DNA of 64,000 nt from the NCBI GenBank assembly GCA_043815245.1, contig JBDRJD010000014.1, positions 14,986 to 78,985 on the forward strand. The letters are read 5' to 3'. The stretch is from an archaeon. GTDB taxonomy: Archaea > Nanobdellota > Nanobdellia > Pacearchaeales > GW2011-AR1. Positions within the stretch are counted from its first letter, which is position 1; every line of letters begins with the position of its first letter. The notes under the pieces were generated by a model. The model was not told the DNA's origin and made no database searches. It saw nothing but the letters and a program-made list of their open reading frames with translations. A program made the position numbers and the translations under genes. Shown here piece after piece: positions 47,480-57,654 of the stretch.

Positions 47480-48933
47480 TGCCCCGAATATGCTTCCTTT
47501 AAAAAAGACCAAAACTTCCACTCATAGCCAAACGAAAAAAAACGAAATCTCCACCTGAGCAAGGCCGAAACTCTATAAAGGTTATTGAAAATAAAGTAGG
47601 GCAAATATAGGAACTTTGAAGGGAGGTTTTGATAAGCCATTTTAGTCTGATTGAAATAATTATATCTCACGATTGCTGAAGCGGTTTCAAGCCAGGATTT
47701 ATACCGCTTGTCTAACCAAATCTGAGATGCAAGGGTGGAAAAATTGTATTCAGACCACTCTTCAAGATTTTGAGGAAGTTTTGAGTTGAGCTTAAGACTT
47801 TCTTCAAATAAGGGGGTCCCGGGGTAGGGGGTAAATCCGAATAGTCCGTTGATGTGAGCTTTAGGATTTATTTTGTGTATCTTATCAATTGTGTTCAGAG
47901 TTTGAAGGATATCTTGTTTAGTCTCGTAGGGAAATCCACACATAAAGCTGATTACGGGAACAATGCCTGTTTGTTTGCACTTGGCTACAGTTTTTAACAT
48001 ATCATCTATTGTAATATCTTTTGTAATCATTTCTAAAACTTTTTTTGAGCCCGACTCTCCTCCAAAAGAAAGAGTGCTACAACCACTATTTTTTACGAGT
48101 TTGATAAAATCCAGGCCATATTTAGCAAAGTAATCAAATCTACAAGAAGTGGTCCAGTCTATCTTGATGTTCTCATCAATTAACCCTTTGGATATTTTTT
48201 CAACTCTACTTTTATCAACAAAAAACTCATCTTCTGTAAACTCTAAACCTTTTGTATTAGTTAAGTTAATTATTCTCTTGATATCTGCTAGCACCTTATC
48301 AGCATCGCGGGCACGCCATCTCCTCTTGTTAAAGGCAGTGTTGTAACAGAACTTACATCTGTGAGGGCAACCTCTGCTGGAATTATAGGGGAAATGGCCT
48401 AGGGTTGTTTTTGATTTGTTAGAGTCATAAAGCTCGTAAGCCATGGGGGGAAGGTCATTTAGATTCATAAAGGGCCTGTCAGAATTAGAGATGACTTGAC
48501 CTTTTTTGTCCTTATAGGTAAGCCCTTTAATTTTGCTTAGCGAAGTTTTTTTTACTAAAGCCTTGGCTAATTCAATGGCTGTGATCTCCCCTTCACCTCT
48601 TACAACAATATCCACGTTTTTGTTTAAAACAGACTGTGTAGGAAGTAGTGTAACATGAATGCCCCCCCAAACAACAGGAATTTGGGGATACTTTCTTTTG
48701 ATATATTCTGAAAATTTTAAGGCATATTTAAGTTGTTTTCCAGTTAAGGTGGATACCCCAACAAACACAGAATCCGAATAATCAAATTTCGTGTAATCTT
48801 GAAAGCGCAAGTCTATAATTTTAACTTCAAAACCGTTCTTAACAAGAACTGAACCGATAGCTAATAGTGAAAGGGGTAGCCTTGTTAAGTGAGTTTTTTC
48901 GTCTGGATAAACTAAAAATATTTTCCGGCCCAT
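47473..48933 (-). CDS. Cobalamin-binding radical SAM enzyme
   Basis: WGGIH, RGEGE, SRGCPHRCKFC, GGESGS, PYPGT. Confidence 0.93.
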   Translation of the reverse strand: MGRKIFLVYPDEKTHLTRLPLSLLAIGSVLVKNGFEVKIIDLRFQDYTKFDYSDSVFVGVSTLTGKQLKYALKFSEYIKRKYPQIPVVWGGIHVTLLPTQSVLNKNVDIVVRGEGEITAIELAKALVKKTSLSKIKGLTYKDKKGQVISNSDRPFMNLNDLPPMAYELYDSNKSKTTLGHFPYNSSRGCPHRCKFCYNTAFNKRRWRARDADKVLADIKRIINLTNTKGLEFTEDEFFVDKSRVEKISKGLIDENIKIDWTTSCRFDYFAKYGLDFIKLVKNSGCSTLSFGGESGSKKVLEMITKDITIDDMLKTVAKCKQTGIVPVISFMCGFPYETKQDILQTLNTIDKIHKINPKAHINGLFGFTPYPGTPLFEESLKLNSKLPQNLEEWSEYNFSTLASQIWLDKRYKSWLETASAIVRYNYFNQTKMAYQNLPSKFLYLPYFIFNNLYRVSALLRWRFRFFSFGYEWKFWSFLKEAYSGHY

Positions 48934-48969
48934 TTAAAATTAGATTTAGAAAGTAGGTTATAAAGATTG

Positions 48970-50049
48970 TTATGTTTTAGAATATAAGAGATAGAGGATC
49001 TTTTTACTCGCCTTTCCGTCACCAAATGGGTTTTCCCAATTCTTTTGCCTGGAAATCATTAATTTAGTGCAATCTAAAATTTTCAGAGGGTCATAGCCGG
49101 CCAAAAGATTACCCCCAGCATCAATAGTTTCTGGACGCTCAGTATTTTCCCTAAGAGTTACGCAAGGAATTTTCAGAATGCAAGTTTCTTCTTGAATGCC
49201 TCCTGAATCTGTTAATACAAGTCTTGAATTTGTTAATAACTGCAAAAAATCAAGGTAGCCAAGAGGTTCAATTAGTTTTATGTGCTCTGAAACTTTAAGG
49301 CCAAATTCAGAGACCATTTTCTTTGTACGCGGATGGATGGGATAAATCAAAGGTAATTTAAACTCTTCGTATACAAGACTTAATCCTTGTAGGATTTTTT
49401 TAAGTCTTTCTTTATTATCCACATTTTCTTGCCTATGCATGGTGACTAAAAAATATTTATTTTTTTGTAGGTCGAGCTCAGAGAGAATGTTTGACTTTCT
49501 TTGAGATATCTCTAGATTTTGATGTAATGCATCAACAATTGTGTTTCCAGTCACAAATATCTTATCCCGGGGTATGCTCTCCCGGAGTAGTATCTGTTTT
49601 GCATTTTCAGTTGGAGCAAATAAATAATCTGAAATGTGATCAGTTACGATTCTATTAGTTTCTTCTGGCATGCTCCGATCATAGCTTCTTAAGCCCGCTT
49701 CAATATGTCCTACTTGAATCCCGAGTTTGCTTGCAGCAAGTGCTCCTGCAAGAACGGTATTTGTATCCCCTTCTACTAAAACAACCGCGGGATTCTGAGA
49801 CTTAAGAACTTTCTCAATTTCTATAAGCATCTTGCCAGTTTGTTCTCCATGGGGGGCTGACCCAATATTGAGATTGAATGTTGCGGGTGGTAAGTCCAGT
49901 TCCTCAAAAAATATTTTATCCATATTTTCAGAGTAGTGTTGATTGGTATGGATAATTAGGTATTCTTTTTCTAAAGAAGAAAGTTCTCGGATAAGGGGAC
50001 TAATCTTGATAATTTCGGGACGTGTGCCAAGGATTATAGCTATTTTCAC
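48970..50049 (-). CDS. wecB: UDP-GlcNAc 2-epimerase (non-hydrolysing)
   Basis: GTRPEIIK, HIEAGLRS, TDSGGIQEE, TERPE. Confidence 0.97.
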   Translation of the reverse strand: MKIAIILGTRPEIIKISPLIRELSSLEKEYLIIHTNQHYSENMDKIFFEELDLPPATFNLNIGSAPHGEQTGKMLIEIEKVLKSQNPAVVLVEGDTNTVLAGALAASKLGIQVGHIEAGLRSYDRSMPEETNRIVTDHISDYLFAPTENAKQILLRESIPRDKIFVTGNTIVDALHQNLEISQRKSNILSELDLQKNKYFLVTMHRQENVDNKERLKKILQGLSLVYEEFKLPLIYPIHPRTKKMVSEFGLKVSEHIKLIEPLGYLDFLQLLTNSRLVLTDSGGIQEETCILKIPCVTLRENTERPETIDAGGNLLAGYDPLKILDCTKLMISRQKNWENPFGDGKASKKILYLLYSKT

Positions 50050-50050
50050 T

Positions 50051-51679
50051 TTAGTTTCTTAAAATTTCATATACAAAAACACCGTCAAATATTTGCGACA
50101 GTTTAAAAGTTAGGCTGCCATATGATTTTTCTTGTTTTATGTCTTGTTGACCTGTATTAAAGTCTATAGTAGTATCCATAAAAGGAATCTCCCATTTTTG
50201 TTGAGATTCACGCTTCATCCAATCTGGATGGTTTGGTTCCCAAAATGAGATTAATAGAAATCTAATTGCTGGGTCTTCCTCTATTTTAGGTAGTACTTCT
50301 TCGAAAGTTGTATCTTGATTGTACTGCACTCCTACAAGCTCAGCAGGGCTAACCATCTGCCTTTCAGCATAGTAGGAGAATTGAGGAGTTAAAACAATAA
50401 GAGTTTTGTCTGATGGAGAGGTCCGATCCTTAATGTAAAATGAAGCGTCCTTAACCCCGTTGAAACTACTTATTTTAGACTTGATAATCGTATCAGCATG
50501 CTGAACTTCATAGAAAGCACCATAGGCTAGCAATACAAGGATAATGACCAGAGCAATCTGTTTATTATATTTTTTAAGGTTATCATAAATAAATATGGCC
50601 CCCTTTGCAAGGCAAATTAAGGAACCGAAAAGCAGCGGGAAGAACCATCTCGGCTCACCAATGTCAGTTGGATGTCTTTGGTAAAACAAAAAGTAGGACA
50701 ACACAATGATTATTGATAAAACTGCAAATAATTCACTTTTAATCTCACTTTTACCAACCTTTCTAAAGTAATCAAGTGATAAAAAAGTATTTATTAAAAG
50801 CAAAATGAATCCAAGCCAGAATAAATAAAGTAAAATGCTAAGTGTGGAACTGGTAAATGAACTAAAATATGCAGGAAATATTTGGAAGGGGAAGAGATTA
50901 AAGGGAATTTCAGTATGTAGATAGATTCCAGCCACCTCAGTAATATTAGAGGCAAATACAAATTTCTCTAAAAGAGAGAAACTTACTATAAACACGGCTA
51001 AAGCTATCCAGTTGTACTTATCCTTTAAGAGTGAAGACCACTTACGAGTAATTAGCATATAAAAAAAGAAAAAGAAACCAAAAAGAAAATACCCTCTCCT
51101 CATAGAGTAGGATAAAACGACAAATAATACAGTTAGTGGAACTGCCCAGTTAGGATTAATCTTCCCAAATATTTTTTCTCCGCCTTCGTATCCTTGCCAG
51201 AAGACATAGATCGCTAAAAGACCGAAGAATAATCCTGGGACACCTAAATGGAATCTCATTGAGTTAAATAACACTACCCAGAAAGTGGCCATTAAAAACG
51301 AGGCAATTAGCCCCACCTTTTTATCTTTAAACATTAAAACGGCAGTTGCATAGGTGAGCCAGATAAGTAGGATGGAAGGTAGAATCTCTAATATAAATTT
51401 TATGGCAGGGTCAGAGAACCCTATCTTAAATAAAGCCGCTACAAAATAAATAAATAGAGAATTATGGGCATCGGAAACCATCCAGTAGGTAGTGTACCCT
51501 CCAAGAGCTTTAGCATAGGCCATATAGTCCCCTTCATCCCACCATATTGCCTGGTCCTTTGTGAGAAAAAAATAATAAAGCCTGATAGCTACGCCTAAGA
51601 TAAATATTCCCAAAAAAATTCTATTATAGGGATCTTTTAACCAATTTCTGACACTCTCTTTTATTTTACTAATTTCCAT
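50051..51679 (-). CDS. GT-C (PMT/ArnT-like) membrane glycosyltransferase
   Basis: AIWWDEGDY after TM1, many TMs, EPRWFFP. Confidence 0.85.
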   Translation of the reverse strand: MEISKIKESVRNWLKDPYNRIFLGIFILGVAIRLYYFFLTKDQAIWWDEGDYMAYAKALGGYTTYWMVSDAHNSLFIYFVAALFKIGFSDPAIKFILEILPSILLIWLTYATAVLMFKDKKVGLIASFLMATFWVVLFNSMRFHLGVPGLFFGLLAIYVFWQGYEGGEKIFGKINPNWAVPLTVLFVVLSYSMRRGYFLFGFFFFFYMLITRKWSSLLKDKYNWIALAVFIVSFSLLEKFVFASNITEVAGIYLHTEIPFNLFPFQIFPAYFSSFTSSTLSILLYLFWLGFILLLINTFLSLDYFRKVGKSEIKSELFAVLSIIIVLSYFLFYQRHPTDIGEPRWFFPLLFGSLICLAKGAIFIYDNLKKYNKQIALVIILVLLAYGAFYEVQHADTIIKSKISSFNGVKDASFYIKDRTSPSDKTLIVLTPQFSYYAERQMVSPAELVGVQYNQDTTFEEVLPKIEEDPAIRFLLISFWEPNHPDWMKRESQQKWEIPFMDTTIDFNTGQQDIKQEKSYGSLTFKLSQIFDGVFVYEILRN

Positions 51680-53069
51680 TTTTTATTTTTTCTATAATCT
51701 TTGATGTAGATTTGCCAGTTGTTAATGGGACAAATTTAAACTCTCCGCAATATGACTCTACAGCTCTTCGCTCTTTTTGGTCCATAAGTTCAAGATTATA
51801 ATCTGAACCTTTTACATATATGTCAGGATTTAGTTCTATTAAGTACTTTTCTACAGATGATTCTGGGAATATGAGAATGTAATCTACAAATTCTAGGGAA
51901 GAAAGTATCTCGGCTCTTTCACTTTCAGACTGTAGGGGGCGTGAAGGACCTTTTAAAGCTCTGACAGAAGAATCAGAATTAAGACCAATAATTAATAAGT
52001 CTCCTAGCTTTTTTGCGTCTTGTAAGTATCTTACATGACCTACATGCAGTAAATCAAAACAACCATTGGTCCAGACTATTTTCCTTCCTTTTCTTTTTGC
52101 ATCTTGAGCTTGCTTTTTTAGCTCTTCGAGACTAATTACTTTCTTGAATTCTGAGAGAAACTTGTTTTTTAACTCACTGGAACTTACTGAATATGTGCCT
52201 TTCTTCTCTACAGCAATTCCAGCAGCATGATTAGCAATAATTGCTGCTTCTTCTAATGGGGAACTAGTTGCAAGCGCAAGTGCAAGTGTAGCTATAACTG
52301 TGTCCCCAGCGCCAGTTACATCATAAACTTCTTTTGCAAAAGTTGGAATCTCGGTAGTTTTATCTGAAAAAAGAATCATTCCTCTCTCTCCATGAGTTAT
52401 CAAGATGTTTGAGTTAAGCTCTTGTCTTAGCTTTTCTCCGGCCTGATAAATGTCTGAGCAGCCAGCCATTTCGAGGGCTTCTCTTTCATTTGACTTTATG
52501 AGTAAAACTCCATTGTATAGATTTTTATTTTTTGGCTTTGGATCTACAATAATCTTGCTTTTAAAATTAGATATTAAGGAGATAAGCTCTGAAGATATGG
52601 CACCTTTTGCATAATCTGAAAGGATTATTATATCAGATTCTGAGGCGTATTTAATTAATTGTTGTTTTACCTGATCTGAAAAGCTTTTTTCTGCGAATAT
52701 TTCTTTATCATACCTCAGTAATTGCTGGCCCTTTCCTATAATTCTTGTTTTTTGGATTGTGTCATATCTGTTGTCTAGAAGGTGTTTTATGTTTTTCCCA
52801 TCCATTAGCGTTTTCAGAATTTCGGATTCAGAGTCATTTCCACAAAAAGAAACAATAGTTGCTGATCCACCCAATGAAGCAATGTTGGAGGCAACGTTTC
52901 CGGCCCCTCCAATCTCGTGAAATTCTTTTTTTATATGAACGATTGGAACTGGCGCTTCTGGATTTATTCTTGTAACATCTCCTTCAAAATACTTGTCAAG
53001 CATAATGTCTCCTATGACTAGTACTCTTTTTTCTTTAAACTGATTAACGACCTCACTAAGCGCTTTCAT
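51669..53069 (-). CDS. hldE: Bifunctional heptose-7-P kinase / heptose-1-P nucleotidyltransferase
   Basis: RINPEAPVP, SDYAKG and DVTGAGD (PfkB domain); TNGCFDLLHVGH and GKSTS (nucleotidyltransferase domain). Confidence 0.96.
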   Translation of the reverse strand: MKALSEVVNQFKEKRVLVIGDIMLDKYFEGDVTRINPEAPVPIVHIKKEFHEIGGAGNVASNIASLGGSATIVSFCGNDSESEILKTLMDGKNIKHLLDNRYDTIQKTRIIGKGQQLLRYDKEIFAEKSFSDQVKQQLIKYASESDIIILSDYAKGAISSELISLISNFKSKIIVDPKPKNKNLYNGVLLIKSNEREALEMAGCSDIYQAGEKLRQELNSNILITHGERGMILFSDKTTEIPTFAKEVYDVTGAGDTVIATLALALATSSPLEEAAIIANHAAGIAVEKKGTYSVSSSELKNKFLSEFKKVISLEELKKQAQDAKRKGRKIVWTNGCFDLLHVGHVRYLQDAKKLGDLLIIGLNSDSSVRALKGPSRPLQSESERAEILSSLEFVDYILIFPESSVEKYLIELNPDIYVKGSDYNLELMDQKERRAVESYCGEFKFVPLTTGKSTSKIIEKIKNGN

Positions 53070-53583
53070 TTTCTTGAAGTATTACCTTAACAGACTCATA
53101 TAAATCTTTTGTTTTTTGAATAGATAGTTTTTCGGTGTAGCGGGATTCGATTAGTACCGCCTTGCAACCTAACTTTTCGGCTGGTTTTATGTCTGTGAGT
53201 TTATCTCCAACAATCCAACATTTCTCGGGGGAGAGGCTAAATTTTTTTATTGAATCTAAAAATAATTTAGTTGAGGGTTTCCTACAATCACAGTTTTTAT
53301 CTGGATCATGCGGACAGTACAGAATATCATCGAATTCTATATTTTGTTTTTTGAAAACTTGGACCATATTCTCTGTTATTTTTAGGTAGTCCTGCTCTGA
53401 GTAGTACCCAAGGCCTATACCTGACTGATTTGTGATAATGATAAGTCTATAACCGGCTTTTTTAATTTTTTTCAGAGCCTCAAAAACTCTAGGAAGAATT
53501 TTAAAATCTTCAGTTTTATGGACATAGCCTCTATCTTCGTTAATCACACCGTCACGGTCTAAAAATACAGCTTTATTTTCCAT
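53056..53583 (-). CDS. gmhB: Heptose 1,7-bisphosphate phosphatase
   Basis: FLDRDGVIN, TNQSGIG, CPH...CDCRKP. Confidence 0.93.
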   Translation of the reverse strand: MENKAVFLDRDGVINEDRGYVHKTEDFKILPRVFEALKKIKKAGYRLIIITNQSGIGLGYYSEQDYLKITENMVQVFKKQNIEFDDILYCPHDPDKNCDCRKPSTKLFLDSIKKFSLSPEKCWIVGDKLTDIKPAEKLGCKAVLIESRYTEKLSIQKTKDLYESVKVILQENESA

Positions 53584-53597
53584 TTTTAATAATTAGC

Positions 53598-54170
53598 TCA
53601 ATTAGCAACAAACTCATCTTCTATTAATTTAGCTAGAATATGAAGAATCAAAATATGAACTTCTTGAATCCTTGCAGTGTTTTGAACAGGAACAATTAAG
53701 TCTACTTCCCCTAAACCCTTCATTTTTCCACCGTCTCTTCCTAACAAGTTGATGACTTGCATGTTCCTTTCTCTTGCCTTTTCTATTGTTCTTAGTATAT
53801 TACCTGAATTACCAGAGGTACTAAGTCCAATAAGGATGTCTCCGGGGTTGCCAAGTGCTTCAACTTGCCTTGCAAAAACCACCTCATAGCCATAATCATT
53901 TGACAGGGCTGTAAGGTTGGAAGTGTCTACAGTCAAAGAAATGCAGGGAAGTCCTTTTCGCTCTGCTTCAAATCTTCCAACCAGTTCAGCAGTAAAGTGT
54001 TGAGCTTGTGCGGCGCTGCCACCATTACCACAGATAAGTAATTTATTCCCCTTTTTAATTGCTTCAATGATCATGTGGGATGCCTTTTCAATCAAGGGGA
54101 TAGAATCATAGATGGATTTTTGAGCTCCCAGGCTATCATTAATTAAACTTCTTATAATCTCTTGAGACAT
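53598..54170 (-). CDS. gmhA: Sedoheptulose-7-phosphate isomerase
   Basis: CGNGGSAA, NDYGY, STSGNS, RIQEVH. Confidence 0.97.
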   Translation of the reverse strand: MSQEIIRSLINDSLGAQKSIYDSIPLIEKASHMIIEAIKKGNKLLICGNGGSAAQAQHFTAELVGRFEAERKGLPCISLTVDTSNLTALSNDYGYEVVFARQVEALGNPGDILIGLSTSGNSGNILRTIEKARERNMQVINLLGRDGGKMKGLGEVDLIVPVQNTARIQEVHILILHILAKLIEDEFVAN

Positions 54171-54183
54171 AAATATGTAAGAA

Positions 54184-55284
54184 TTAGAGGTTATTTAAAA
54201 TTTCTTGTGCTGAAATGCTACCTGCTAATTCTTCTGAATATTTCATAGAAAAAAAGTATTTTTCTAATAAGGGGGAAACAAGTTTCTTAGCAATTCCATA
54301 ATCTTCAATTTCCCAGGGGGGAGTTGAATAAAACAAGGCCACTGTTGGCTTTTTCAATAGGAGGGATAAATGTAGGGCTAGGGAATCTGTGGTGACAACT
54401 TTTTCGCATAAGTTGATTACTGCTGCAAATTCTCCAACTGTATTATCTGGATTATTTGAAGTAACTACTATCCCTGTAGATTTAAGCTCATTAATTAACT
54501 CGGGGATTTTGCCTCTTTCTTCTGGACCTCCTAAAAGTAAAACTTTATAGTTTTTGTTTAGCCCATTGATTAGTTCTTTAAGTTTCTCATTTGAAATGGC
54601 CTTAGAAGGCCATCTTTCCCCTGCTGAGAAATTTATTCCAATTAGTTTATCGGAGTCTGAGAGATTATTCATTTTCCTGAAATTATTAGCATACTGCTTG
54701 TCCTTGGTAGTCGCATGGAATACCATTTCTTCCCCATTGTATTCCAAATGACAGGCTTGAAAGATTAGCTGTTGGTATGTCTTTCTGTTAGACAGCTTAA
54801 CGTTGTGTAAAAAGGCAGTTTCAAGGTACTCTTCACTCCCTACATTAAAACAGGAAGTAGCCGCATTGTCAAAGTAATATCCATACTTTTCCTCAGCTTG
54901 AACAATATTTGCTAGAAGTGTCGCTGGAGTGGTTATTTCTAGTGAGAAAAGGATATCAAATTTTTCTTGTTGAATTCTTAGGATGTTTTCAGGATTGTAT
55001 GTCAGGAGTTTATCAATATGGGGGTTGTTTTCAAGTAGTTCTTTAGATTCTAGCATTGTAAACCAATAAATTAAGGCTTCATCACCGTATTTCTTTTTTA
55101 GGGCTTCTAGAATTGGGGTGGTTCTAAGAACGTCTCCCATAGCTCCTAGTTTAATAATGAGTATTTTTTTGGAGTGTGGAGAAGAGAATTTGCATTCTTC
55201 ACAGGACTTATAGCCTTCGCTAGTTAAGGTATCGCATGCATACTTCTCATTAAAAAACCTACATCTCGAGTTCCACTTAGTCAT
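54184..55284 (-). CDS. GT9 (heptosyltransferase family) with Cys-rich N-terminus
   Basis: IIKLGAMGDVLRTTP, LGGPEE, TTDSLALH. Confidence 0.9.
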   Translation of the reverse strand: MTKWNSRCRFFNEKYACDTLTSEGYKSCEECKFSSPHSKKILIIKLGAMGDVLRTTPILEALKKKYGDEALIYWFTMLESKELLENNPHIDKLLTYNPENILRIQQEKFDILFSLEITTPATLLANIVQAEEKYGYYFDNAATSCFNVGSEEYLETAFLHNVKLSNRKTYQQLIFQACHLEYNGEEMVFHATTKDKQYANNFRKMNNLSDSDKLIGINFSAGERWPSKAISNEKLKELINGLNKNYKVLLLGGPEERGKIPELINELKSTGIVVTSNNPDNTVGEFAAVINLCEKVVTTDSLALHLSLLLKKPTVALFYSTPPWEIEDYGIAKKLVSPLLEKYFFSMKYSEELAGSISAQEILNNL

Positions 55285-55354
55285 GGGGATACTATATTTG
55301 GAGTGTTTAAAAATTTATGGAAAAGCTTAAAATAAGCTTAGATATAGGAGATAC

Positions 55355-55759
55355 ATGAAAAAAATATACATTGCGGGAAAATTATGTTCAGAAGAGGAAA
55401 GAGCCCTACTTGAGGGGGTGGATAAGTTCTGTAAGGCAGAGGGATTTGACACCTTTTTACCTCACAGGGATGTAGGGGTGATAGCGTTTAAAGAAGAGAT
55501 AAAAAGAGCGTTTAAAGAAGATGTAAAAGCTTTAGATGAATGTGATTTTGTACTTGCAGTATTAAACGGGAAACCTGGAAGCGGAACAGTATGGGAAATA
55601 GGTTATGCCTACTCAATCAAAAAGCCGATTATAGGATTAAAAACAGATAAAAAAGTTGAAGATTCAATACCGGAACTAAGTGCGATGGTTTTAGGCAGTG
55701 TTAAAATTTTACAAAGCTTTGAAGAGTTAAAAGAAGAGCTGTTCAATCTAAAGGGCTAG
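55355..55759 (+). CDS. Nucleoside 2-deoxyribosyltransferase-family N-glycosidase
   Basis: IYIAG, FLPHRD, GTVWEIGYAY. Confidence 0.88.
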   Translation: MKKIYIAGKLCSEEERALLEGVDKFCKAEGFDTFLPHRDVGVIAFKEEIKRAFKEDVKALDECDFVLAVLNGKPGSGTVWEIGYAYSIKKPIIGLKTDKKVEDSIPELSAMVLGSVKILQSFEELKEELFNLKG

Positions 55760-56651
55760 TTGATTTTGTTTTTTCTATACGCCATCCATCTTGATAGCCT
55801 TTTTTCCGGATTTTTAGATCATAAAAAGCAGTTAGATAAATGCAGAGTCTAGCTAAAAAAAGCAGGCATGTCCAATAAAACTCTTTTATGCTTCTGGGGT
55901 AGGATAAAGCAAAAAAAGTACCTTCTTTTATCTCATTAAAAAAAGACTTTGTTCTAGGCATATTTTTGGCAATTTTATTAAGATTTTCATGGGCTTTAAT
56001 ATTCCTAATTTTTTGAACCTTCCACTCTTTCCAATTATCAGGAGAAACAACATAAACTTTCGCCTGGGGAACATACTTTATTTTGTAGCCTTTTTCCCAA
56101 AATAAGTGAGGGATAATGCTATCTTCTGAAGTTTCTAAAGGAAACCCCTGCAATGCCCCATTTCTTATTGCAAACAAATAACCAGAACACTCAAAAAAAG
56201 CTCTTTTTTTAGAGATCTTCTCTCTTACTCTATGGATACCGTCAAACAATAAGTGGCTCCAAAAACCAAGAGCACTATTTTTTTTGTTTAAAGAAACAGG
56301 TCGGCCAGTTATGCAACCAATTTTTTTATCTTTAAATGCCTCGAAAATTGAAGCTACTGAATTTTCAGATACATAAACGTCTCCATCTGTGAGAATAATT
56401 AGATCAGATGTATCTTTAGAGTATATTTGTTCAAATAGAACATTTAGAGCATAACTTTTTCCTTCACCAGGATCCAAAAAAAACTCAACTTTCTTGTTTT
56501 TTATATTTTTCTTAATAAACTTTTCAGTTTCTGGAAAAGGGTCTACTACAATTATTTTAAAGGGTTGGTTGATCTTTTGGGATAAGAAGGAATTAATCGA
56601 CTTAAGAGTGGATTTCGGTTCCCCATATGCGGTTATGATTATGTGGATCAT
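55743..56651 (-). CDS. GT2 glycosyltransferase
   Basis: GKSYALN, TDGD, SGYLFAIR, SED. Confidence 0.85.
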   Translation of the reverse strand: MIHIIITAYGEPKSTLKSINSFLSQKINQPFKIIVVDPFPETEKFIKKNIKNKKVEFFLDPGEGKSYALNVLFEQIYSKDTSDLIILTDGDVYVSENSVASIFEAFKDKKIGCITGRPVSLNKKNSALGFWSHLLFDGIHRVREKISKKRAFFECSGYLFAIRNGALQGFPLETSEDSIIPHLFWEKGYKIKYVPQAKVYVVSPDNWKEWKVQKIRNIKAHENLNKIAKNMPRTKSFFNEIKEGTFFALSYPRSIKEFYWTCLLFLARLCIYLTAFYDLKIRKKGYQDGWRIEKTKSTSPLD

Positions 56652-56707
56652 TTGTAAGACACCTACGGTTTCTTAACAATCAACTTCCCTTAAATATGTT
56701 TTGGGAA

Positions 56708-56911
56708 CTAAGGGGTATTAGCGTACTCTGTAACTAGCCGGATTATTACTTTTTCTTCTCCTGTTTTTTCGTTTTTTGCAGATACCCGGCATTTAGCTTT
56801 TCCTTGTTTAAGTCCTTTTTCTGAGAATTCTATTTGATTTACTATCAAAGTATCTCCGAATAGTATAATTTTATCTCCTGTTTTTATCTCTTTAAATTGT
56901 TTTTTATTCAT
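56708..56911 (-). CDS. 67-aa aIF5A/EF-P N-terminal-domain-like protein
   Basis: EIKTGD...FSEKGLKQGKAKCRVSAKNEKTGE parallels aIF5A DVRSG...SKTGKHGASKCRIEAISIMSG. Confidence 0.7.
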   Translation of the reverse strand: MNKKQFKEIKTGDKIILFGDTLIVNQIEFSEKGLKQGKAKCRVSAKNEKTGEEKVIIRLVTEYANTP

Positions 56912-56932
56912 GCATTGCTGAACTTAGGAATA

Positions 56933-56940
56933 TATATAAA
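56933..56940. promoter_or_regulatory. Bidirectional TATA box shared by the aIF5A-like ORF and queC
   Basis: TATATAAA/TTTATATA exactly 21 nt from both ATGs (56911 and 56962). Confidence 0.65.
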
Positions 56941-56961
56941 GTTTTTTATATAGAAAGGTAG

Positions 56962-57654
56962 ATGAAGGAAGCAATTATTCTTGTTTCAGGTGGACTTGAC
57001 AGTTATGTTACTGCGTGGTATGCTAAAAAGGTAGGCAAAAGAAAAGTTAAGCTCTTATTTTTTGATTATGGGCAGAAGGGAATAGAAGAAGAGCTGTTTT
57101 GCACTCAAAAGCTAGCAGGAGAGTTAAAGGCTAGATTAAAGATAGTTGACATAAAATGGTTGGGAGAAATCAGCACTTCTCTGATAAATAAAAACAAGAA
57201 AACAGGAAAAACAGAGATAATTAAGTGGTATGTTCCGTGTAGGAACGCGGTATTTTTGACTGCTGCACTTGCATATGCTGAGTCAGAATTTCTGTCAAAA
57301 AACAAGAAGAGTGATATCTACCTAGGGGTAAAGTATGAAGGGGAAATAAGTTTTAATGACACTAAAGAGGCTTTTATAAGAAAAGTAAATGAATTAAGCA
57401 AGGTGGCTACACAAAAAGGAAGTTACAAGATAGTGACCCCCTTTATAAAAAAGGATAAAGAAGAAATTATAAATCTGGCAAAGAAAATGGGCCTTGATTT
57501 GGAGCAAACTTATAGTTGCTACAGGAGTAATGAGTTTGCGAGGGTTAACAATAAGAAAATTCCAATTCATTGTGGGGACTGTGCTGGTTGTAAGGCAAGA
57601 AAGAAAGGATTCAGGTTCTCAGAAATAAAAGATCCGAGCATATATGTAAAATGA
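56962..57654 (+). CDS. queC: QueC-family PP-loop ATPase (7-cyano-7-deazaguanine synthase-like)
   Basis: SGGLDS, FDYGQ, YVPCRN, TYSCY, HCGDCAGC. Confidence 0.85.
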   Translation: MKEAIILVSGGLDSYVTAWYAKKVGKRKVKLLFFDYGQKGIEEELFCTQKLAGELKARLKIVDIKWLGEISTSLINKNKKTGKTEIIKWYVPCRNAVFLTAALAYAESEFLSKNKKSDIYLGVKYEGEISFNDTKEAFIRKVNELSKVATQKGSYKIVTPFIKKDKEEIINLAKKMGLDLEQTYSCYRSNEFARVNNKKIPIHCGDCAGCKARKKGFRFSEIKDPSIYVK

